Shown here: positions 9,044-16,189 of the stretch, in pieces | How positions within the stretch are numbered: position 1 is the first letter of the stretch | Layout: each line of letters begins with the position of its first letter | Source: Mariprofundus sp. | GTDB taxonomy: Bacteria; Pseudomonadota; Zetaproteobacteria; Mariprofundales; Mariprofundaceae | NCBI GenBank assembly: GCA_030951025.1 | Contig: JAUZQK010000064.1 | Span: 8-24,007, forward strand | DNA: 24,000 nucleotides | Direction: 5' to 3' | The notes under the pieces: model-generated | What the model was told of the DNA's origin: nothing | Database searches by the model: none | The model's input: only the letters and a program-made list of their open reading frames with translations | Position numbers and translations under genes: made by a program

Positions 9044-10318
9044 TCAGGAGGCAGCTTCAATCTTGCTGTCTTCGCCATCGCCTTTCAAAAGCAGCAAGGG
9101 TTTGCCTTTATCTTCAACGGCATCGCGATTGACTACGCATTTTTCCACCCCGGTCATGGTTGGAATATCGTACATCACATCGAGCATCACCAATTCCATG
9201 ATGGCACGCAGACCACGCGCACCAGTTTTACGTTTGATGGCTTTTTCAGCAATTGCTTCCAAAGCACCGTCGGTAAAGGATAGTTCAACATGATCATAGG
9301 CCATGAGTGCGCCGTACTGTTTGGTTAAAGCGTTTTTTGGCTCTGTCAGGATGCGTAATAAAGATTCTTTATCCAGCAGGTTTAAGGTGGCAACAGCCGG
9401 CAAGCGACCAACCAGTTCAGGGATCAAACCAAATTTGATCAAGTCTTCCGGTTCAACCTGGCTTAAAATAACACCAATATCTTTTTCATCCTCACTCGAT
9501 ACTGCCGCCCCGAAACCGATAGAGCGTGCCTTACCCTTGGCCTCAATGAGTTTTTCCAAGCCGGCAAAAGCACCGCCGAGGATAAACAGAATATTGGTTG
9601 TATCGACTTGCATAAGCTCTTGTTGCGGGTGTTTGCGGCCACCTTGCGGAGGTACTGCAGCAACCGTACCTTCAATCAGCTTCAATAACGCTTGCTGCAC
9701 ACCTTCACCGGATACATCACGGGTGATTGATGGGCCTTCGGATTTGCGTGAGAGCTTATCGATTTCATCGATGTAAATGATACCGCGCTGAGCTTTTTCG
9801 ATATCACCATCAGCCGCCTGCAACAGTTTCAGGATAATGTTTTCAACATCTTCACCCACATAACCGGCTTCAGTCAGGGTGGTGGCATCAGCCATAACAA
9901 AGGGCACATCAAACACACGCGCCAGAGTTTGAGCCAATAGTGTTTTACCGCAGCCTGTAGGGCCTAGCAGCAACACATTGGATTTGGAGATTTCGACATC
10001 GTTCTTTTCATTGTGATCAATGCGCTTGTAGTGGTTGTACACCGCCACAGATAGCAGCCGTTTGGAGCTTTCCTGGCCAATGACATATTCATCCAGAAAA
10101 GCCTTGATTTCGGTCGGGCGTGGCAGGCCGGTTTCTTCTTTTGTTTCAGATTGATCGTTGCCGGATAGCTCTTCAACGATAATTTCATTGCATAGTTCAA
10201 TGCATTCGTCACAGATGAACACAGTCGGGCCTGCAATAAGTTTTTTGACATCGTGCTGTGATTTACCACAGAACGAGCAGAATAAAGTATTATCGCCGTT
10301 ACTATTCTGTGTCGTCAT
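9044..10318 (-). CDS. clpX: ATP-dependent Clp protease ATP-binding subunit ClpX
   Basis: N-terminal Cys4 zinc finger [18 protein letters not shown]...[11 protein letters not shown], Walker [25 protein letters not shown]. Start trimmed from 10336 to the ATG preceded by GGAGG. Confidence 0.97.
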   Translation of the reverse strand: MTTQNSNGDNTLFCSFCGKSQHDVKKLIAGPTVFICDECIELCNEIIVEELSGNDQSETKEETGLPRPTEIKAFLDEYVIGQESSKRLLSVAVYNHYKRIDHNEKNDVEISKSNVLLLGPTGCGKTLLAQTLARVFDVPFVMADATTLTEAGYVGEDVENIILKLLQAADGDIEKAQRGIIYIDEIDKLSRKSEGPSITRDVSGEGVQQALLKLIEGTVAAVPPQGGRKHPQQELMQVDTTNILFILGGAFAGLEKLIEAKGKARSIGFGAAVSSEDEKDIGVILSQVEPEDLIKFGLIPELVGRLPAVATLNLLDKESLLRILTEPKNALTKQYGALMAYDHVELSFTDGALEAIAEKAIKRKTGARGLRAIMELVMLDVMYDIPTMTGVEKCVVNRDAVEDKGKPLLLLKGDGEDSKIEAAS

Positions 10319-10925
10319 CCGAACCTCCGGCAGCACCGATTTCCGCCCGGGAAGTCAGCACATCATCAACCAAACCGTAATCCTTGGCCTGTTGTGCGGT
10401 CAAGAAATAATCCCGCTCCACATCATCACACAGCTTTTCCAGCGGTTGACCGGTATGCTCAGCCATCATTTCATTCAGACGCTGTTTCAAGCTCAGGATT
10501 TCGCGTGCATGGATTTCAATATCAGTAGCCTGACCCTGAAAACCACCGAGTGGCTGATGAATCATGATGCGTGAATTGGGCAAGGAGAAGCGCTTGCCTT
10601 TAGCGCCTGCGGCCAATAAATGCGCCCCCATGCTGGCGGCCTGGCCGACACAGAGGGTAGAAACATCACAGCGGATATATTGCATGGTGTCGTAAATCGC
10701 CAAGCCTGCGGTAACCAATCCACCGGGGCTATTGATGTACAGATAAATATCTTTATCCGGCCCTTCGGACTCCAGAAACAACAATTGAGCGATCACGAGA
10801 TTGGAGATATGATCATCCACTGGGCCATTCAAAAAGATGATGCGCTCTTTCAGTAAACGGGAAAAGATATCGTAAGAACGCTCTCCCCGCGCAGTATGCT
10901 CAACAACAACCGGAACTAGACTCAT
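10302..10925 (-). CDS. clpP: ATP-dependent Clp protease proteolytic subunit
   Basis: [26 protein letters not shown], catalytic Ser in [11 protein letters not shown], His in IMIHQPLGG. Confidence 0.97.
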   Translation of the reverse strand: MSLVPVVVEHTARGERSYDIFSRLLKERIIFLNGPVDDHISNLVIAQLLFLESEGPDKDIYLYINSPGGLVTAGLAIYDTMQYIRCDVSTLCVGQAASMGAHLLAAGAKGKRFSLPNSRIMIHQPLGGFQGQATDIEIHAREILSLKQRLNEMMAEHTGQPLEKLCDDVERDYFLTAQQAKDYGLVDDVLTSRAEIGAAGGSDDDTE

Positions 10926-11027
10926 GTATTCTCCTTATCAATCATCATCGCTTTACGATGCAGCGCATGCCCGCTGGGCTTACGCAAAAATCATACCAGA
11001 ATGAATCCGGCTGTTATTCTATTCGAT

Positions 11028-12353
11028 CTATTGTTCTTGCTCAGCCTGCCAGTCGGATAATGATTTGCTGGCGGCTTTTGTTTTGGCCTGTTCAACAATG
11101 TAATTGATGCATTTGCGTTCCAGCAGAGCATCTTTCATGGATGCGATTTGTTCCGGCTGACTTAAAATCCATGTTTTAAACTGCTCACGCTGTTCTTCAG
11201 GATATTGCTGGGACTGACGATCAATTTCGCCATCGAGTTCCGCATCATCGACATGCATATCTGATAACTCACGCACTTGCTGCAACAAAATAGACAGCTT
11301 TAAACCACGCTCGGAACGGGTACGTATTTCCAACTTGAAGGCATCATCTTTAAGCATATCTTCCGGTGCTTCCATGCCTTGCTGCTGCATGTTGTTGAGT
11401 ACACGTTTGGTGGTTTCCTGCATGTCCTGCGCCACCAATGGCTCTGGTAGTTCCATCTCATTGGCTGCAATCAGGGCATCGAGAGCGGCTTCGCGTGTGC
11501 TTGTGAATGAAGCTTGTTCAGCTTCTTCATTCAAGCGGTTCTGTGTATCAGCCTTTAAGGCGGCGGCATCATCAAAGCCAACCATGCCAGCCAGTGCATC
11601 TGCATCTGCAGCGGTGATGGCTTTACCGACCGATTTGATATGCGTTGCAAACACAGCGGCCTTGCCAGCCAAATGTGCAGCCTGATAATCAGCCGGGAAA
11701 CTTACTTCCACAGTCGCATCCTCACCCGCTTTCTTACCAATCAACTGCTCTTCAAAACCCGGAATGAAACGCGCTTCACCGAGCACGAGTGGCACATCTT
11801 CGCCTTTACCACCTTCAAACTCTTCATCATCAATCGAACCAACAAAGTCAATATGTAGCTGGTCGCCATTTTCAGCTGCGCGTTCGGCTTCAACTTCATA
11901 TTTCACCTGCGACTTCATCAAGCGCTCAATTACTTGTTCGATATCGCTGTCTTCAACGCTGACGGTGGTTTCATCAAACTTCAGCGTGCTTAGATCAGCC
12001 AGTTTAACTTCCGGCCATACCGCGACTTTCATGGTGAACTCAAAGCCTTCGGTTGGTTGTACTGCCGGAATATCAATCATGGGCTGTACGGCAGGGTTCA
12101 AACCTGAGGATTCAATAGAAGCGACATAGTGTGTTTGAATCAATTCGGAAACGGTATCTTCATTCAATTTGGAGCCGAATTGTTTTTTGATGACATGGAC
12201 AGGTGTTTTACCTGGACGGAAACCCGGTAATTTGGCTTGCAATGTTAGCTTTTTAATCTGATCTGCATAAATGCGATCATATTCACCCTGGGCTACGGTG
12301 ACACGCACTTCATATTCATGGCTTGCAAGTTCTTTTACATCTGTCTTAATCAT
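11028..12353 (-). CDS. tig: Trigger factor (ribosome-associated chaperone / PPIase)
   Basis: Ribosome-binding motif LPGFRPGKTPVHVIKKQFG, FKBP-like domain with DQLHIDFVGSIDDEEFEGG. Located upstream of clpP; start trimmed to the ATG after GGAGA. Confidence 0.96.
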   Translation of the reverse strand: MIKTDVKELASHEYEVRVTVAQGEYDRIYADQIKKLTLQAKLPGFRPGKTPVHVIKKQFGSKLNEDTVSELIQTHYVASIESSGLNPAVQPMIDIPAVQPTEGFEFTMKVAVWPEVKLADLSTLKFDETTVSVEDSDIEQVIERLMKSQVKYEVEAERAAENGDQLHIDFVGSIDDEEFEGGKGEDVPLVLGEARFIPGFEEQLIGKKAGEDATVEVSFPADYQAAHLAGKAAVFATHIKSVGKAITAADADALAGMVGFDDAAALKADTQNRLNEEAEQASFTSTREAALDALIAANEMELPEPLVAQDMQETTKRVLNNMQQQGMEAPEDMLKDDAFKLEIRTRSERGLKLSILLQQVRELSDMHVDDAELDGEIDRQSQQYPEEQREQFKTWILSQPEQIASMKDALLERKCINYIVEQAKTKAASKSLSDWQAEQEQ

Positions 12354-12376
12354 CGAATTCTCCATTCAGTAACATT

Positions 12377-12411
12377 AAAAACAGGATGCCCTGAAAACAG
12401 AACACCCTGTT
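12377..12411 (-). terminator. Probable intrinsic terminator 4 nt downstream of tRNA-Leu
   Basis: Minus strand AACAGGGTG...CATCCTGTT (9 pairs, one G-T) with inner CTG-TTTT-CAG, then TTTAATG. Confidence 0.65.
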
Positions 12412-12415
12412 GGTA

Positions 12416-12499
12416 TGGTACGAGAGGGGGGACTCGAACCCCCACACCATAGGTACTGGTACCTAAAACCAGCGCGTCTACCAATTCCGCCACCCTCGC
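12416..12499 (-). tRNA. tRNA-Leu (anticodon TAG)
   Basis: Minus strand GCGAGGGTGGCGGAATTGGTAGACGCGCTGGTTTTAGGTACCAGTACCTATGGTGTGGGGGTTCGAGTCCCCCTCTCGTACCA. Class II tRNA with variable arm and encoded CCA. Confidence 0.96.
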
Positions 12500-12702
12500 A
12501 TATGTTTAAACAACGTTTCGAAGCTTTGAATAAAAAAAGGAGCAAAGCCAAAGCTTACCCCCTCTTTCCTTACCCTCATTCACTTACCCACTTCAAAACG
12601 GCTGCGAATCATGCCATCGGTCGAAGCGAAATCAAGAATTCACATTTGTAGAACGATGGGGAAACAAAAAAGAAGCATCATTATTGAAGGATAATTGCTT
12701 GA

Positions 12703-13119
12703 TTATGTGCCAATATATTCCTGTAAGCGTGTAATCATGGCTTCTTTTTCATCCAGCATCAGGGCAACCATATCCCGAATGGACACGACACCAACAAAGT
12801 GATCTCCATCAAAAACAATCAAGTGGCGGCAATGGTTTGCTTTCATCAGAGCCAGACAATGCAATACACTTTCATCCGGTTTGACCTTCACCAGCGATTC
12901 ATCGGTGACCGTACCAACGCTGGTTAAGGCAGGATCGAGCCCTTTGCTAATCACCTGAATCATTAAATCGCGTTCGGTAAAAATGCCTTTCACACCGTAG
13001 GCTCCGGTGATCACGATGGAACCGATATAACGCTCGCTCATATACTTTACGGCTTCGAGTACAGAGGCGCTTTCATCGATGCTGGCTACATTGTGTTGGA
13101 TTTGCGAGGTGATTATCAT
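12703..13119 (-). CDS. CBS-domain-pair protein
   Basis: MIITSQIQHNVASIDESASVLEAVKYMSERYIGSIVITG...GIFTERDLM...VTDESLVKVKPDESVLHCLALMKANHCRHLIVFDGDHFVGVVSIRDMVALML. The ATG at 13119 has AGGAG 5 nt upstream; the track start at 13203 is probably too long. Confidence 0.87.
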   Translation of the reverse strand: MIITSQIQHNVASIDESASVLEAVKYMSERYIGSIVITGAYGVKGIFTERDLMIQVISKGLDPALTSVGTVTDESLVKVKPDESVLHCLALMKANHCRHLIVFDGDHFVGVVSIRDMVALMLDEKEAMITRLQEYIGT

Positions 13120-13306
13120 AAAAACTCCTGCTTTAAATCGCTTGAACTGCATACATAGCTTGCAAGCATGATGATAGACTGCAATGCAATGAAGTACAAT
13201 CAAACGATAACGCGGTTACAGGAGAGTCTTATGAAACTGTTTTTTTACGCTGCGTGTGCGTGTGTGCGGGGGCTTAAAGTGTTTTCACAAACCGCCGCTG
13301 AGATGA

Positions 13307-13471
13307 TCAGTTTATAGCTTCAGCACCCTCTAATGCCCTGTCATTATCAGGTTCAGACTGATAAGGGACATCCATCAAAAAGGCAATATATGATAGTGAA
13401 ATATGCGGGTTCATTTGTGCATATTGCTGCATAATTTCTTTCATATCCAAGCCATTATCGCGTGCAAACAT
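13307..13471 (-). CDS. Small hypothetical protein (54 aa)
   Basis: MFARDNGLDMKEIMQQYAQMNPHISLSYIAFLMDVPYQSEPDNDRALEGAEAIN preceded by the near-perfect Shine-Dalgarno GGAGGTGATCAC-ATG. Confidence 0.6.
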   Translation of the reverse strand: MFARDNGLDMKEIMQQYAQMNPHISLSYIAFLMDVPYQSEPDNDRALEGAEAIN

Positions 13472-13581
13472 GTGATCACCTCCGAGTTGATTGAGGGCTA
13501 GCATAAGTGTTTATGTGTTATTGGTATGACATCGATATGACAACCAGATGACAGATGAATGTCGCTGCCTTCGCGGATCAT

Positions 13582-14154
13582 TTAGAATTTTCGAAACTGG
13601 CCAACGACTTCGCCATAAATATCGAGTGATGTTTCGGGATAGATATTGGGATAATCTTCATTGGCAGGCTCTAAAAACGGGCCTTTTGAGCCGGTGCGCA
13701 GATACTTGATGGTAAAATCACCATCGACAATGGCCACGACAATTTTGCCGATATTGGGATTGATATTGCGCTCAACAATGAGGAAATCGCCACCATGAAT
13801 GCCGGCATGAATCATCGATTCGCCACGCACTTCAACCAATACCGTGCTGGATGGGTTTTCAACCAGATAGTCATCAATGGTGATGGCATCGCCGAGTGCT
13901 TCGGTGGCAGGGCTAGCAAAACCAGCCGGTGCAACGCCAACATGCGGGCGCGCAAAAAACATATTGGCTGGCGACAAACGACCACCCGGAGCCTTGCTGA
14001 TATAGCCGGCAAAAATCATGCGATCAATAAACTTCACCGCACCCTGTTTGCTGACACCTACCAGTGCGGCTATTTCTGCATAGGATGGAATTAAGCGATG
14101 CAGGGCATAATAATCTTGTAGTCGTCCGAGATAGAAAGGATCTTTATTCACCAT
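13582..14154 (-). CDS. LexA/UmuD-family regulator: N-terminal LexA-type winged HTH plus UmuD-like S24 peptidase domain
   Basis: HTH-like LIPSYAEIAALVGVSKQGAVKFIDRMIFAGYI, Ala-Gly cleavage site PAGFASPA, catalytic Ser in VRGESMIHAGIHGGDFLIVER, catalytic Lys in VDGDFTIKYLR. Confidence 0.88.
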   Translation of the reverse strand: MVNKDPFYLGRLQDYYALHRLIPSYAEIAALVGVSKQGAVKFIDRMIFAGYISKAPGGRLSPANMFFARPHVGVAPAGFASPATEALGDAITIDDYLVENPSSTVLVEVRGESMIHAGIHGGDFLIVERNINPNIGKIVVAIVDGDFTIKYLRTGSKGPFLEPANEDYPNIYPETSLDIYGEVVGQFRKF

Positions 14155-14160
14155 GCACGC

Positions 14161-14189
14161 AGTATGGTGTACGTTCGTACACTTCGCAA
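14161..14189 (-). promoter_or_regulatory. Putative promoter-operator of the LexA/UmuD-like gene
   Basis: Minus strand TTGCGA-(17 nt AGTGTACGAACGTACAC)-CATACT. The palindrome GTGTACG-TT-CGTACAC (14167-14182) sits in the spacer, immediately upstream of the ATG at 14154. Confidence 0.6.
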
Positions 14190-14282
14190 GGGTTGATCAT
14201 TCGTATGATTCATATCCATCCGCATCAATGCTATCAATCTGTGACATTAGGAATATTATAAAGATGAAAAACTACATATGCC

Positions 14283-14299
14283 GAAACGGGCACCGTTTC
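14283..14299 (-). terminator. Possible terminator hairpin after the PhoD-like gene / cassette
   Basis: GAAACGG-GCA-CCGTTTC (7-3-7), 18 bp beyond the stop codon. On the minus strand GTTTTTC follows after an interval, so termination is plausible but not canonical. Confidence 0.4.
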
Positions 14300-14317
14300 C
14301 ATGAATACCCGTTCGCA

Positions 14318-16189
14318 CTAGCTCGGAATCAAATAGGTGAGTTCCTGCAACGCCCCATCAGCCAGAACCGATTTCAATTTCTGTTTGGTTGCGCGCCCCT
14401 CATCAAACCAGACCTGAGCGATATTATTCATACCCGTAATGGCCACATGCTTACCCTCAAGCGATTCCTGCGAAGCCAAAAAGTTATAGCCCTGCACAAG
14501 CTTGCTCTGATCGCCAATCGTGATGCCGGGGTTGGTGTTGTGCAGCGGGCTACTGGTGAGCTGAACTGCGGGAATGCGATTCCCCAGCATCGCCGTCCGT
14601 GCAAAGGAGTAATGCACATCGCCAGATAGAAACGTGACAAAATTCAGTTTGCTCTCCTCCGCCAGCATGGCTTCAAGAGAGCGGAAACCGGCCACCCATG
14701 ATTCTGCATCCAGCGCAGCTAATGAACCGGGGATGAGTTTCATCAGTGATAAAGCCGCGCCCTGCACACCTTCGACAAAGCGAAAGCCAAACACGGGGGT
14801 CGGCGAAATAAGGCAAATCGAATCACAATCCTTTACCGCCTGCTTTATCTCATCAGCCAATTCATCCAAGGCCTCGGCATGCATGAGTTTCGCAGGCTGT
14901 TGATGATAGAGTTTGCGACAAGTGCGCGTATCCATGGCGATCACAGCAGGCTGAGTTGGCGTGGAAAAAAACCATCTACCCGGTTTTGATGCCCAAAGCA
15001 GAGCATCGTACTGTTCCGCATCATCGCCATCATGGCGATGGGCATTTAAATGCTTCTCCAGCAGTTCAATGAAACCTTCGCTAAAGCGCTCAGGGTCATT
15101 CCCCCAAGCCTGAAAAGCCCAATACGATGCCAATGCATTGGCGACAATTCTGCGCGTACGCGGGCTTTTGCCTTGCACTTGCTCAACCCAATCACGGGAA
15201 ATATTCCAGTCATCAGTAACTTCGTGATCGTCACACTGCATATATACCGAAACATTAGCCAATAGTCGGCGCACTTCGGGCAGCGTTTGCGCAAAAGCCT
15301 CCAGATTTTTTTTCTCTTCCCGATAATACCTTTTTGAAATACGATGATTGAACTGGTGTTTGACTGCCTGCCAGTCCTGAAATTCAGGCTTTGCCCCCTG
15401 ACCTCCAAACGCACACAAATACATTGCCGCGTACTCACCAAATGTCATCAGGTGGTTATCCGTCGCCCCCGACGAAAAACCTTCATGCTTACCATTCAGG
15501 TTCCAACTCACCTCTGGAGCCCGGTGATACAGCTCTACGTCGCACACCTTATGTGCATCATTTGCCGTGTGATATCCCCCATCCATCGGCAGCCGCCGAC
15601 GCGGCATGGTCTCATCCCATCCTGTCACGTCTCTGCCGAGCCCTATGAGATGCCAAAGCATGGCTCCACCAACATCATCGGCATAAATCTGATCGCCGGT
15701 CATCAACAGCATGGAAGGGCGATTGACTGAATCATCAATCGTATCACCTACAACCTTGGATCCTGTTGCCAGTTGATCTCGCGAGCCCCAATCACGATGC
15801 ACGGCTGCGGCATGCGGTTTACGGCAAGAGCCATGCAATATATTTTTCAGCTCTCCCGGCACGATAAAGCTGGGATACGATTCGCCCGGATAACAAAAAT
15901 CATCATTACCATGCAACAGGCTGTTAGCATTTTCAATGAGATCGTAGTGCAGAATATTTTCTGCATAGGATGCATCCTGCCAGTCCAGCCAGATGATATG
16001 CACAAACAGGTGTTCGCCCATGCGCGCCGTACGCTGTGTGGATTGAACATTCAAACCATGCAGCGACCCGTCTGCCTTACGCTTAAACACCGCCCCGGAA
16101 AAGTCTCGGGGTTCTGTTGTTGCCACCCATATTGCCACCTTTTGTAGCTCAGTACGCCGCACAATCGGCCCTGCCAGAAAGTCACTCAT
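14318..16189 (-). CDS. PhoD-like metallophosphatase/phosphodiesterase, no obvious signal peptide
   Basis: Metal-ligand type motifs LLMTGDQIYADDVGG, VYMQCDDHEVTDDWNISRDW, VTFLSGDVHYSFARTA. The ATG at 16189 (MSDFLAGPIVRR) overlaps the upstream stop as ATGAGTGA. Confidence 0.85.
   Translation of the reverse strand: MSDFLAGPIVRRTELQKVAIWVATTEPRDFSGAVFKRKADGSLHGLNVQSTQRTARMGEHLFVHIIWLDWQDASYAENILHYDLIENANSLLHGNDDFCYPGESYPSFIVPGELKNILHGSCRKPHAAAVHRDWGSRDQLATGSKVVGDTIDDSVNRPSMLLMTGDQIYADDVGGAMLWHLIGLGRDVTGWDETMPRRRLPMDGGYHTANDAHKVCDVELYHRAPEVSWNLNGKHEGFSSGATDNHLMTFGEYAAMYLCAFGGQGAKPEFQDWQAVKHQFNHRISKRYYREEKKNLEAFAQTLPEVRRLLANVSVYMQCDDHEVTDDWNISRDWVEQVQGKSPRTRRIVANALASYWAFQAWGNDPERFSEGFIELLEKHLNAHRHDGDDAEQYDALLWASKPGRWFFSTPTQPAVIAMDTRTCRKLYHQQPAKLMHAEALDELADEIKQAVKDCDSICLISPTPVFGFRFVEGVQGAALSLMKLIPGSLAALDAESWVAGFRSLEAMLAEESKLNFVTFLSGDVHYSFARTAMLGNRIPAVQLTSSPLHNTNPGITIGDQSKLVQGYNFLASQESLEGKHVAITGMNNIAQVWFDEGRATKQKLKSVLADGALQELTYLIPS

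Noticed and set aside
9303-9776. 157-aa plus-strand ORF within clpX
   Set aside because: Entirely antisense to clpX, whose motifs are unambiguous; Ser/Pro-rich composition is expected from the complementary strand.
12415-12651. 78-aa plus-strand ORF MVREGGLEPPHHRYWYLKPARLPIPPP...
   Set aside because: It is antisense to tRNA-Leu(TAG). The (V)REGGLEPPH-type N-terminus is a classic spurious translation of a reverse-strand tRNA.
14153-14629. 158-aa plus-strand ORF spanning the LexA-like promoter and the 3' part of the PhoD-like gene
   Set aside because: Mostly antisense to the well-supported PhoD-like CDS, with no recognisable domain. It is a shadow ORF like those at 15344..15730 and 15773..16147.
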